From Yuukianura sp. NJ FZ-2021 (taxonomy: Eukaryota), in assembly GCA_046563655.1 (NCBI GenBank), contig CM102290.1:4278001-4342000 (forward strand): a stretch of DNA of 64,000 nucleotides. Reading direction: 5' to 3'. Below are positions 1 through 13,155 of this stretch, piece after piece. How positions within the stretch are numbered: position 1 is the stretch's first letter; each line of letters starts with the position of its first letter. The notes below the pieces were generated by a model. The model saw only the letters and a program-made list of their open reading frames with translations. It had not been told where the DNA came from and did no database searches. Position numbers and translations under genes: made by a program.

Positions 1-161
1 AAAGGTGAGAAAAGTTTCACCTCCGGCTGTTGTCCAGGACACGCCGAAGTGTCACAACACTTTACAAAGGAAAATGATTAATCAGACGAGGTTTGCTATA
101 ACCTAACCTAGGGCTCAACCCTTAACAATTCTGTGAAAGCGAAAATGTAGAACAGTGTTAC

Positions 162-3100
162 CCCTTGAGTAAATACGGCAGGATTTCCTTGCTCAATCAT
201 TTCCTCCAATTCTTCATCGGTTGTAGTTCTTCCGGCTAAAAACATGACAGAAACATTTTCTTCAAAAATCGGAGTAACAAAACATTTTTTTAAATTCATC
301 TTTAGCTTCTAACTAGGAATACAAAAGCGAGGAAAACTTTTGACCTAGTTTCTTTTGTAAAATTTTGATTAAAAAAACTTCGAATAAAACAACCTAACAG
401 AAAATTGCGAGTGGTTTTTCTCTTTTTCCAAAAAATTAGTTGACTAACTTACTGATTTCGAGTTGACGCTGTATTCTTCCTTTACATCGCTCTCTGTAGT
501 CCGTTTGAGTTCTATTATATTCTGTCATCACTTCTACAAACTTCCTGGAGAGTGTTGAATGCTGAGTTTTTCTTATTCTGAGATCTGCCGATGATTTATT
601 CGTATGCTCATCTTGCTCAATATTTTGCTCAATTACTGCAAAACCAGCCAACCGTTTTTTTAAACCAGTTCAAACTTTTATTTCTCCAGAAAACCTGAAA
701 CCCTTCAAGCTTTCCTTGAAGTAGATTTGAAGTCTCCGAACTTTTTTTTCCATGTCTTTTGTATCTTACCTTTGAGTTTGGAACGAACTTGATTTGCTGT
801 CTTTTTTATTTGCGCCATCAAATCCTCCAGTTCCTGTTTCATTTCTAGCCAAAAGAAGAACAAAATTACAAGCGTCAGCCACTTTCTGGATTCGATGAAA
901 CGATCCTTCAGATCTCCTCAACACAAATTGGACTTTCAACGCTAACAGTGAAAGGTTTGCCAAATGTTTCACTTTCTTTTGAACTTTGTTAGAGTAGATC
1001 AGGTTAGGTTTTGTGAGCACAGATATGAAATTTCAACTCATGTCGTGTTGTATTGTAAGGTTTTAAAGGTAATTTCTTTAGACAAATTTTAATAAAAGGC
1101 GCAAAAATTTGGATGATGAAATGCAGTATTTCCTGCATAGAATAAATTCTCGCAGACACATATTCATAGACTGCCCCTCGTTTACTGCTAAAAGTGCTAC
1201 GATGTTTTTCAAATGACGTTGGGAAACATTCAAAGTTGTTTGGAAAACAGCAGAACCAAAAAACTACTCCTAAAAATGTTCCCAAAGTACTTCAACTATG
1301 ATGTTTAATTTCATTTCTCTTTGACTTTGATTGGTTGTGTACTTTGGACACATCAAAGGATGGGGTGGTTTGGAGATCTGCGAAGATTAAGCTAGGTTTA
1401 AAGGATTTGAGGGCCTTGAACGGACGTTTCCTTGATGTCACTACTTTTATTTTTACCATACATTCCTCATATCGCCAAAACAATAAACAATATTGACACA
1501 AGGAACGATGAAATTGGAAGAAGCGTCGAGTTGTCATGCATGAAAGGCCTTACGGCATATTCCAAGAAAGTGAAAGTCGAATGTGAAAAATTGCGCACGA
1601 AAAAAGTGAACGTGAAAAAGTCGGGACTTACTCTCGTCCGTAGTTGGGGCAGAGAGAATGGCACTATGCTTCTTCTTGACTTCTTCCACATTATTCTGTA
1701 TCTTGTCTATCATTCCCCGTATCTCCTCCACCTACACAAAGTTTCAACTTTCACTCCAAGTTTTTTAAACAAATTTTGTATAGAAGGCCATACTTTAAAA
1801 GTAGCATATTTGCAGAAGACGCGCACGAAAAAAGTGGAACTCAGAAGTTTATTAAACAAGAGTAGTGAAAGTACAGAAGATTTAGAAGTGCTTTCAAAAA
1901 TTCCAGTTTTTTTTGTAGTAAGCCTATGAGTGAATTTTTGCTTTTAAAAGTTATGAGTGAAAATTCAACAAGAAAATCACGCCCTTTCTTTTCAACATTT
2001 TTTGCTTTCATTTGAAGCTATGATTTTAGAAAAAAAAATACTTTGAAGGGAAGGAGAAAGTGAGTCGCGTGTTTTCAGCGGGACACTTTGGTCAATATTT
2101 TCTTTAAAAATTCATTTTTGTTCGGTTCAAATTTTGAAATTTCCTTACCTCGTCAAAGAACTCGTCCATGAACCCATCTCGACTTTCCACGGGGACGGCG
2201 ACGTCATCTGGACCATTCTCATCGTCGTCGCTCTGAGCCTATGTTAACCAAAATTCAGACAAGGGTAGAATCAAATTTCCAAGTTATGTAGCAAAGTAAC
2301 CGCCATCTTGGTAATCCTAGCTTTGTTTACAAGCGTTTACATTTTTTAGAACTACAAAACATCCATGAAACAAAACTGGACTGTTACGCTCAAACTATAA
2401 ATTCTACATTTTGAAACGAATATTTCATAAAAACAAATTAAAAATCCAGCATTCCAAGGTGACTTTCTCCATTAAGATGGACGTGTTATCCTAAATTTAA
2501 CAAAGGCAGCAAGAGAATACAAATGAAAACAATGGAAACATGCGCCGAATTTGAGAATCGTCTAACGTAATTTGAACTTCGCAAAATAAAATAAGGGGCC
2601 TTCCAAATTTCTGGTTCCCTGACTTTCGAAAATTCTTTCCACGGTCTGGGTTCAGAACTAGATTAACTTCTTTGGTAGACAAACTTAAAGTTTTCAAACT
2701 ACGCTCAAAATTTGGGACCATTTTTGTTTCCTGTGCCTGTTCCATCTAGTACCAAGTTCTGGAAGGGAGTCAATAACTTTTCCAGGAGAAAATTTCATTT
2801 CCTACTTCCTCTTCACCTTGTTTCTTGTGAATATTTTCAAAATTACGTTTCCATGATTGAATAATGACAATGAGGTTGAAACACACTAGTGCAGAGTGCT
2901 TGAATTGAATTGATTTGAACAAAATTGCTTTAGTTCAAACCTCGTTCTAATTCACCATTATTTTTCTCCAACTTTTTTGAATTTTTACCGTTACTTACAA
3001 TTTTGATTTGTTTAAAACAAACTCCGCTTTTGGTTACTGAACAACTTTTTGAGCAAATACAAACTAAATTGCACCGTAAACTTTTGGTTAAACAAAAGCC

Positions 3101-5404
3101 AGAAATGGGAATGATTTCCAATTCAATCAAGAACTTACGAGTAGTTATTCAGTGAAAAACTAAAAGTTTTTCTTGAATTAGTTAAGTATATTGCTAATTA
3201 ACGATAAAGTTACAGAGCTTCTCAATTTAATAATTTAAATGCTCCGCAATAAAATTGGATTACTAAACTATTCATGTAATTCTTATTCGCATTTAAAATT
3301 TGCTTCATTTCTAAAAATAAGCTAGTGACTTTCTAAAATCAATCGTCCACAATAAAATGTGACACTTTGTGAAACGCATGATTATTTAGTAAGATGAAAA
3401 TTCTTTATTTTCGCACATCCTAACTTAATCTTTCAAAATCAATCCTCTTACCAAAAGTATTTATGATTTTTATAGCAGTTCTACTAAATTTGTGAAGCCT
3501 ATTCTCGTAGTAAAGTTTTTTTTTGTCAGATGTACTGAATCATGTTGTATTCAACGCTTTATTGTCGACATTCCTTAAACCGCCCTACGTGCCATTGTTA
3601 ACCTCTGTTCAAATGAAATCTTATCAAAGGAAATCCTTGCTTAACAAGTGTTTTCCGACAGGTGAGTGAAAGCACAAATAGAAATACAAAGGACAACACA
3701 ATAATTTTTCTCAGGAATAACCTTAAGCATTCCCCAAGAAAAAAAAATCTTTTTGCGACACAAACATTAACTCAAAGGTAAAACGCTTGAACTGAATCAA
3801 ATGCAAATTGAAAGGAAAATGTATAGTGTACTTGCGTTAAGTACTTGCACCAATACAACCAATACAATTGGTGTAACTTGCGTTACACCAATAAAATTAT
3901 GAAACTTACAGTAATTAACAAAATTATTAGTGAATATTAACTATTGAAATTAAGGTGATTTTTTCTATTTTGCTCCTTCTCACACTCCCGAAAACATAAT
4001 GATTAATTATTAGAAAAAGTGCTTGTAAAACGTATTTATTTGTACAGATGATTCATTTTAGTACGTCTCAAAACATCTCCTGATCCCCTCGGATAATAGT
4101 TGCTGGAAACCCTGAATATTTTAATGATTTACCACAATTGGAAACTATCCGTTTTAATAAACTATGAACCAATTTCAGCCCCACACAAAACTGATATTCT
4201 GCAAATTTCCGTTGAAGGTCTTTCTGATCCATTGTTTTCTTATGGTTTAAGGTGCCTCTATGCCCAGGAGAACCTGAAACTTTATATGGACTTAAGAGTG
4301 TGGAGCATAAGTGATTGAATTGACGATGATAGATCGTAAATTGGTATTAATTTGTTTTGAATTAGCATCAACGAAGCTTGGCCTGCTACAAATTGGACCA
4401 AAACTAAAACACAGTTCATTTTCAAACTGTTTTTTTGTGTGCCTGAATTTCCTGACCGCAATGACTGGAAAGCATGACAATAGGTGTCTAGGCCACACTG
4501 GTTCCTGGACATGACATCATCGCCCATTAACTTCTCAGTTTCAAACATTAGTAGTTCCAGCCTAATCAACTGTGCGTAGAAAACCATAAGGGTATTGCCG
4601 TTTAAAATTCTCGATTATGGTTTGAAATGTCTTGATTTCATAACAAATCTGAACACAGTTTGGAAATAATTCGAACTGCAACATTCAAGTGAAACTAGAC
4701 GTTAATAACCGAAGCTTAAGATGACCTAACAAGGAAGTTTTTTATTATTAATGATTGTGATGGATTAAGGGTAGGGTGGGACAGGGGGACTGAAAGCGCC
4801 GGTCCTTTGACTGTTTTGGAACAAGGGAGCTGGAAACCAATTAACTGAATACATTGGTACTCGACGTTCACGTTTTCAGTGGGGGGATTGATCAATTAAA
4901 AATGGAAGTGTTAAAGTATTCATTAGGGACCTGAGTGCGTGGCCCTTTGTCTTTTTGGTTTCAAGGGCTTTGGGAAAATCGGTAACAGAGGACTGTACAA
5001 AAAAAAACTTTCCGATGTTGTTGTTTGACGAGGGTCTTAATTGATTTCTATAAGAAGGGGAAAGTGTGACTTGGAATCTAAGAAAAAACATGAATTCAGA
5101 GGCTGACTGACCTGATTTAGAAAAATTAGTGATGTTAAGTAAATCAATACCTCCTTCACATCTTACTTTAACTGGATCTAATGAAAGACTTCCACTTGAA
5201 CGAGTGAAAGTAGCCGAAATACTTTCGAAACAATTATTAGTTGAAAATGAAAGTGCTGTGAAAATTACGCCAATCTACAAATCCGAAATTCCAGAAAGTT
5301 TTCAGCACCCGGGTATTCTAAGGGCAACGATTGAATAGAATTGAAGAGCTAAAAAAAGGCGTGTAACTTACGGCCTTGAGGGCTGCGAGTCTGTCCTTGG
5401 TCAT
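162..5404 (-). CDS. Syx1A: Syntaxin-1 (plasma-membrane Qa-SNARE), 5' part; gene continues beyond the left edge
   Basis: GT-AG exons 5404-5372 ([11 protein letters not shown]), 2238-2149 (AQSDDDE...FMDEFFDE), 1731-1632 ([29 protein letters not shown]), 844-770 ([24 protein letters not shown]), 635-453 ([26 protein letters not shown]...RIQRQLEI) and 235-162 ([25 protein letters not shown]). Phases are compatible and the sequence is the syntaxin-1 N-peptide plus Habc domain. Confidence 0.97.
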
Positions 5405-6299
5405 GATGTGTGTTCTAGTGCTGATTTGAAGACTGAAGGGCTCCCGTGCCTGTCAGGGTGACTTTGTGGTTGCTCACTTTCACTGGCCTAGGGCGTGCCC
5501 CAGGCGTCACCGCCCCTGACCTGACAGGCCTGTCACTTCCCCAACTGACCTCCGTCCAAAGGGATTCGTCCTGCAGCAGCTCCTGCCTCTCGGCCTCTCC
5601 GTCCCTCTGCCGTTCAGTGGAGACAAGTCATGGTGACTTGACTAAGTTAACTGGGCCCTTAAGCCTTATTGTTTTGCAGCCTGAAGGACACTGAAGTCCC
5701 AGTCCCCACCCTGCTGCCCCAGTTGTCGTCTCCAGTTAGTTGACGAGAGGGCAGAGGGCCGCTGGGACGTTGAGGATAGGATCACCACACCAAAAATCAA
5801 TAGTCTTCATTGACGGCTGTTCCCAGTCCACCAAAGTCTCACTTTTGAGTCTTCCGTCTGCACTGGAAGTGCGAACCGAGAGAACGAAATGCAGAAAATG
5901 GTTTTGGGCCAAGTAGAGACGGAGGGAGGATTTGAAGTGCTGGAGAGACTTCCAGTAACAAGGAGGCACAAGGAGAAAATACCAAAATACCTTTCTCCAC
6001 AGACCCCCTCCACAAAATAGCACAGTCACAACTCCAAGAATCCGAATAATCCGCCCGCCCATTGTCCGACCACTTCCGGAACCACTCGGTTGCTGGACTC
6101 CCATTGCCAAATTAAGGCTGGTGTACCCTATATCCACCTAGTGGATACATCAATCGTCTACAACCGCATACCCCACCCACTACCATCTAACTCCACACAA
6201 GGAGTGGAAACAGTGGGCTGGAAAGTTCCATCCGTCCAAAATGTCTGGAAAGTCTGCTTCATATTGACGCTGGAGAAAGTAGCGTCATCTTGATGCTAG

Positions 6300-6800
6300 A
6301 AATTGGCCATGCGGCGCCATCTCACGCAGAGTACTATGATTATGTATCGAAATTCGCTTGAGTTCTTGGTCACTCGTCTTGCTCCGCCCATTTTAGCTCT
6401 CTCGATACTGCTGGACATTTGGAGTTAATTAATTTAACTTTTGTTATTGTAAAGACATACTTGCATTTAGATAATTTAAATAAATACTGCAAATCTTCCA
6501 GAAATTGATTGTGTTTTGTGAGTAAGCCATTTGGAAGATAAACTTGCAAAAACACCACATTTATTTAAAATAGTTGCCCATTTATGGCAGGGCGATGCTG
6601 AAACACAAAGTAACTTTTTGAGTTACTTTTAAGCCGTTGAAAAGTACGGAGAAGATTCTGGGCGCCACAGCGAAAGGTGTAAAAAGGCGAGAAAGGAAGG
6701 CATGCGAAAGGAGATTACCGAAAAAGTAGAAAGGGAAAATACGAAACCGCGATTACTAATCACTTCGTCATCAGAATCAGAACTGGACTGACCTCTTCGA
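6300..6800. promoter_or_regulatory. Putative bidirectional promoter between Syx1 (-) and Ran (+)
   Basis: Divergent gene orientation. Ran has a likely 5'UTR intron at 6852-6965 (GTAAGT...AACAG). An AT-rich gap separates two GC-richer leader regions. TSS positions are inferred, not seen. Confidence 0.5.
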
Positions 6801-7021
6801 AAGAGGCTCGTGTTCACTTTATCTACGTTCTCAATTCATCTGACTGTCTTGGTAAGTCTCTATTAGTAATCCAGTATCCATTTCATCTGATTGAAACACA
6901 AGTACCTTCGTTCAGTTTCGTAATCTCAAATTCCGTTAGTACAACGCCGATTTGCTGTTGAACAGATCCCGCAACTCATTCTCTTCGTGAGTCACTCAGG
7001 TTTTACACTAACAGTGGAACA

Positions 7022-7846
7022 ATGGCAGCACAACCGGACGACAATATTCCCACCTTCAAATTGGTTCTTGTTGGCGACGGAGGAACGGGGAAAACTACGT
7101 TTGTAAAGCGGCACTTGACCGGAGAGTTCGAGAAGAAGTACGTGGCGACCCTTGGAGTGGAAGTTCATCCACTTATTTTCAACACCACTCGCGGAGCCAT
7201 TCGATTTAACGTCTGGGATACTGCTGGACAGGAGAAATTTGGCGGTCTACGTGATGGATATTATATCCAGGTGAGGCATTTTTTTGAAGTTGAGAATTAC
7301 TTTACCTAATGAGGTTTTTTAATATTCCGTTTCTTTTTGTTGTTGCCCTACAGGGTCAGTGTGCGATCATCATGTTTGATGTCACTAGCCGGGTAACATA
7401 CAAAAATGTACCCAACTGGCATCGTGATTTGGTGCGTGTATGTGAGGGCATACCCATAGTTCTATGTGGCAACAAGGTTGATATCAAGGACCGGAAGGTT
7501 AAAGCTAAGAGCATCGTGTTCCACCGGAAGAAGAATCTCCAGTACTACGACATCTCCGCCAAGAGTAACTATAACTTTGAGAAACCATTCCTGTGGTTGG
7601 CTCGGAAGTTGATCGGTGATCCTAACTTGGATTTGGTCGCTATGCCTGCCTTGGCACCACCAGAAGTCGTCATGGATCCCGAATGGAAAGAGAAGATTCA
7701 AAACGATCTTAAGGTAATGAGCCTGCACTATTACTTATTTTTTTCTAAAGTCACACTCAATCTCCAGAATAAGCAACCACATTTTATTTTGCTTGCAGGT
7801 TGCTGAAGCTATCCCGCTTCCGGATGATGTCGACGACGACCTTTGA
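7022..7846 (+). CDS. Ran: GTP-binding nuclear protein Ran
   Basis: Exons 7022-7270, 7354-7713 and 7799-7846. Motifs [19 protein letters not shown] and SAK, with the acidic tail LPDDVDDDL*. Confidence 0.99.
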
Positions 7847-8833
7847 ACTCCACCACCACAGCAACACCACAAAATTAATTCTTCGCTCATTCGTGAGGAA
7901 ATCCTTAGGGAAGCTAAATATTAACATTTGAACTGAATTTCAACTTTTGGAGGTGATTTAGAACTATTTAATTTGTCTAAGTATTACTCAATATCTTATT
8001 ACATACTGTCACTATTTCAACTCGTGGCGTCAATATTTTTTGGGATAGTTCCATTTCCCATGTGTAAGCTTAAGAATTCCAGATTAATGCACACTTAATA
8101 AATCTGTGTTGAATTTTGAGTTTGAAGAGTACAACTATAACGTAATTTAGCAGTTCTTTTTTGTATACTTTATTATGTACGCAGTGAGACGGCAATGTTC
8201 GTTGAAGTTTTCATTATTACGTTAGCACAAGCTGAAATTTAAGCTCTCAAGCTTAGATTTCACACGCTACATTAAGTGAGAACTGTTAACATGGTTAATT
8301 CGTATTTACTGTTTGCCCTTTCAATCTCTCGGCTGATTGCATTAGAGGGGCTGATTGTTCATTATTTAAATCATTCAAGAAGAAACCCGTGCCATAATTA
8401 CATACCAAATTATGTTTCTCAACTAATTCATTTTTGTATAGATTAAACTAATTTAGACGAATTTCATTAGTTTAATGACCCCCAGATCAGCTGTGAAATG
8501 GACAGAAAACTCAATTCGCCCCACAGAAGAACAAAATACCCAACCGAATTTTGCAACAAACCACGTGAGGTAGCATCCTCTGCTTTTGTGTGATCGACGG
8601 CGCTTATTTTCGGCAGTAGTGGAGATTAATCTCTTATTTTGTTAGAAATAGAAAGAAAAAAAAAGGATTGTTTAGTAAAATAAGGCACTTGCTAACCATT
8701 TTTATAACTAAAATTAGATCAAAGGCAAACAAGCATTCAGGATTCGGTCAAATAGAGATCAAGGAGTAACAATCGATCGTAGTATTTACTTGGCAACACT
8801 TCCTGACGATTCCGTACAAGCTAAGACTTCAAC

Positions 8834-10781
8834 ATGTTCGCAAGTCTCTCACGAAGACTTGTCATTTCCTTTCCTAAAAATGGAGTAATTCCAATCCGAT
8901 TCTATGCTGCTCCTGCTGGAGAAAAGAAGGTTTACAGCCGAGACAAGCCTCATTGTAATGTTGGCACGATTGGACATGTTGACCATGGGAAGACAACACT
9001 AACTGCGGCTATAACCAAAGGTGACATGACTCATGTTAATTTCAGGCCTATGAGGACTAGAATCATGCTCTAATTTTGTTTTCTCTTTCAGTACTGGCCG
9101 AGAAACAACTGGCAAGTGTTAAGAGATACGACGAGATTGACAATGCTCCTGAAGAAAAACAACGTGGAATTACAATCAATGTGGCTCACGTAGAATACGC
9201 AACAGATAATCGTCATTATTCCCATACAGACTGCCCTGGACATGCCGATTACATCAAGGTTTGTTAGAAATATGTAGTTGTACAGGTTTCCTAATTTGGA
9301 GGCATCGTTAAACTAGAAACTTTGGTTGTTTATAGAATATGATTACGGGAACCGCCCAAATGGATGGAGCAATTATGGTCGTTGCCGCAACCGATGGTGT
9401 AATGCCACAGACAAGAGAACATCTCCTCTTGTCCAAACAAATTGGTGTTCAGCATATTGTAGTTTACATAAACAAGGTACAACTTACACCCATAACGTGG
9501 TTACATATCAATATGAAAAACTTTGTCGATGTCTCTCAATTCGTAGGTTGATGCAGCTGATGCGGAAATGGTGGATCTTGTCGAAATGGAAATTCGTGAA
9601 CTATTGACTGAAATGGGTTTTGATGGCGACCACGTTCCGATAATCAAAGGTTCTGCTCTTTGTGCATTGGAAGGAAAAGATCCGGAAATTGGTATTTATT
9701 TTCAAGAATTGTTCTATTGGGTCGCTGAGTTTGATAATAATTGGCGCCTGTGCTGTTTGTTTTATGTGTAAGGTTCCAAGTCCATTATGGAATTGCTTAA
9801 GCAAATAGATGCTTCTATTCCAACTCCCATAAGGGACCTGGACAAGCCATTCCTGATGCCCGTTGAGAACGTGTACACCATTGCAGGTAGACCATGTTTT
9901 GCGCATGTACTTTTCAACATTAAAGTCTGAACTTATCGAATGGAAAATTGTGGCCGAACATGTACTTTATACTCTAAATGACACTCTGTTTATAGGACGT
10001 GGAACTGTCGTGACTGGTCGCTTGGAGCGAGGAATATTAAAGAAAGGAAATGATTGCGAAATCCTGGGGTTTGGCAAAGTGGTGAAAACGACAGTGACTG
10101 GCGTGGAAATGTTTCACAAGATTCTTGAGGAGGCTCAAGCAGGTGACCAACTTGGAGCTCTTGTTCGTGGTACCAAGCGAGACGATGTCCGGCGCGGTAT
10201 GGTTTTAGCTAAACCTGGTACCGTGAAACAACATGACAACGTTGAAGCTCAAGTAAATTAACCTTACTAAATTAGAGAAATTAGACTCGACTTCTCTATG
10301 AAGATTGTAACTACTAATCAGGAGCGTTCTTTTGTTTAATCAAATCTAGGTTTACGTACTGACCAAAGAGGAAGGCGGTAAATCCAAGCCCTTCACTGCT
10401 TACACTCAGCTTCAAGTATTTTCTAAGACCTGGGACTGTGCCTCTCAAGTGTTGATTCCAGGAAAGGACATGGTCATGCCTGGAGAGGATTCCTTGTAAG
10501 ACCACATAATGTACTTGTATATCAATTTTCAATTTGTGCGAATTATCTAACTCATCCCTGTATCTGAACATAGATTGCACCTAAAACTATACAAACCAGT
10601 TGTCATCGAAAAGGGACAACGATTTACATTGAGAGACGGAATCACGACGCTTGGCACAGGCGTATTCACTGCTTTTAAGCCCAATCTAACGGATGCCGAG
10701 CGACAGTTGCTCAGTGAGGGCAGAAAAGGAATTGAGAAAAGAGCGAAGAAAGAAGCTGCAGCGGCTTCAGCCAAGTCTTAG
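8834..10781 (+). CDS. TUFM: Mitochondrial elongation factor Tu
   Basis: Nine exons (approx. 8834-9020, 9092-9258, 9336-9476, 9547-9691, 9773-9886, 9996-10252, 10350-10495, ~10573-10781 read here as eight coding blocks). Arg-rich presequence MFASLSRR, then [34 protein letters not shown] and RFTLRDG. Confidence 0.97.
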
Positions 10782-11752
10782 AATATGTCACATCATTCAA
10801 CTTTGAATATCTTTCGTTTACTACTTTTCTCAAGTCCCAGGGACTGTTTGACTTATTAGCCCTTGTGTTAGTCCATTTAAGCAAAATAAAACGAGTTTGT
10901 CCAAGTACTACTCTACGCAGCACAAGTCATTAACAACATATTACTCAAATATAACCTAACCTAACTACAAATATAACGTCAAAATAACTAACAAATATAA
11001 CCTAAATAATTAGAAGTATTAATGGAGGACTACTTGGACTGGACGAGGTCATTTGCTCATAGGAAAATAGGAAATTGCTCTCAACAAACAAAATTCACCA
11101 CGACGTTTATTCAGTGTGCATTAAATCTAGTAGAATTCTTAAGGTTTTACACATGGGAAACGGTGGGGATTAACCAATCAGATTTCTAGGTTTTTTAAAA
11201 GAAATATATAAACATGAGATCAGTTTTTAATTGAAATTTATATTATTATAAATGCTAATGATTTTAAGGGAATGCACATGAACGAAGGCCTCACGCTTAC
11301 AAATAAAGTATCAAGCCAATGATTGGCTGCCAATCGCATCGCACCGAGCAAACGCACTAACCTACCAACTTCTGTCTCTCCAATCTACATTGTGAATTTC
11401 GGGTTTTTTGAGGCGCTTATTTGGTTTTTGTTGCCACAGCTGATTTCCTAACTCTGATGAGACATGAGAGATAACACGAGATTTTAGCTTTCGTTATTAA
11501 ACTAATAAATCGATAAATTATATTACACTAAATCGATAAATCAAGAAACAAGCTGAGCTGAAACGTTTCTAATTCTAATCTCAAAGTGAATTGTACATTA
11601 GAGCGAAGACATTCGCACTTTGGTGTCATTCTAGTCGGGACGGGACGACGGGAGATTCACTGGATACAACCAGCAAGTCATCGCTTCGCAATCGAAACCA
11701 TCCATTCGAAATTCGATAATTTTATTTTAGAAGCACCTTCCGAATTCGGTCC

Positions 11753-13155
11753 ATGATGGGTGGGTTAAGCAACTTAACACCGGGATTTTTGCCAGCCGAT
11801 ATCACAAAGCGCATTATTTCTTTCGGAAAGGGGAGCAAAATTTCGGACGCACCAAACGATAGCAAGGTTAGTTTTTTAGTTTGATTGTCCAACTTGATTA
11901 ACATGTATTTTCTAATAGCTTTGTGATTCTCGATTCTGTAGTACAATGGTTGAATTTTTTTATATAACTCTTTAGATTACGTTTCACTTCAGAACAACTC
12001 TGACAAAGGATGTCCTCAAAGTCATCGATGACTCCAGGACGATGAAGAATCCGATGGAATTGGTCCTAGGGAAAAAATTCAAGCTGGAAATATGGGAGGC
12101 AATGTTGAAGACCATGATGGACAAAGAAGTCGCAGAATTTACGGTTCCAAGGAAGGTAGATTGTAATGGTGTTAAGTTTTCCAAATGTTGCACATCTAAT
12201 CTACGTCGGGATCCTTGTTATGCAGTATTTGATCAACTACCCAATTCTATCAAAGACTTTGAGAGACAATGATGCTGGAACTGTCAGTCGTCAGCACTGT
12301 TGCGGAATGCTGGCTCAAACTTGTGGTTATCATGATCTGGATCACTTGATAGTCGAGCCGGAGAATCTGACATTTATATTTGGTCAGTACTACAAATCAC
12401 TTTTTTCACATTCTATTTTCAATGTGCAATGTCATTAATTAATTTATTTGTCATTAACATGTCGATTCCGTCCTGCAGACATTTTGAACGTGGAAATGGC
12501 AGGAGAGTATGCTCAAGAGTCCTGGATGATGACTTTGCAAGAGAAGCATGACTCGATTCCATGTTTAAAAGAAAGCGGAAACAAGAAGTTCAAGGAGGGA
12601 AACATTCCAGGAGCCAAGGCTGACTACTTTCTTGCTCTATCTAGACTTGAGCAGCTTTTGCTACCGTAAGTGTGTCTCAATTTTGAACGATAACGCAAGT
12701 TTTCATGTTCAACATTTACCGAAATTTTCGGAACTTCCTTTTCAGGGAACAGCCTGGTTCACCAGAATTCCTAGCTTTTCAACAAATGAGAGCTCCACTC
12801 TTACTTAATTATGGACTGTGCTTAATGAAGGAAGGAACTTTCTATGAAGCTATTCAACATCTTTCAGCCTCCATTGATATCAATCCTGGTACCAGATCCA
12901 AAGTTATATAGATTATGGAATATGTTAAAATTAACACAGGATTTACTCACAGACAATCCCAAGGCGTTTTTCCGATTGGGCACATGTCACCAAGAACTTG
13001 GGAACTACATAGACGCTATAGCTAACTACGAAAAAGCTGCCAAGTTAGATCCATCACTCGAGGCGACTGTTTGTCAGAAGAACAAAATCATTGCTCTCCA
13101 AATGAAAGAAAGGGACAAGACAGATCGGGAAGCGTTTGCTAAAATGTTCAGTTAA
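11753..13155 (+). CDS. AIP: AH receptor-interacting protein (FKBP-like domain plus TPR)
   Basis: Spliced ORF: ITKRIISFGKG...ITFHFRT...IDDSRTMKNPMELVLGKKFKLEIWE...YPILSKTLR...QHCCG...ESWMM...REQPGSPE...LLLNYGLC...NPKAFFR...DREAFAKMFS*. This follows the AIP/AIPL1 motif order. Confidence 0.92.

Noticed and set aside
1400..1480. Possible mutually exclusive copy of syntaxin exon 4 ([23 protein letters not shown] on the minus strand)
   Set aside because: Only a loose resemblance, and no suitably placed AG acceptor or GT donor in the required phase.
1432..1929. 165-aa plus-strand ORF
   Set aside because: Antisense to syntaxin exon 3 and its introns, with no recognisable motif; likely a chance ORF.
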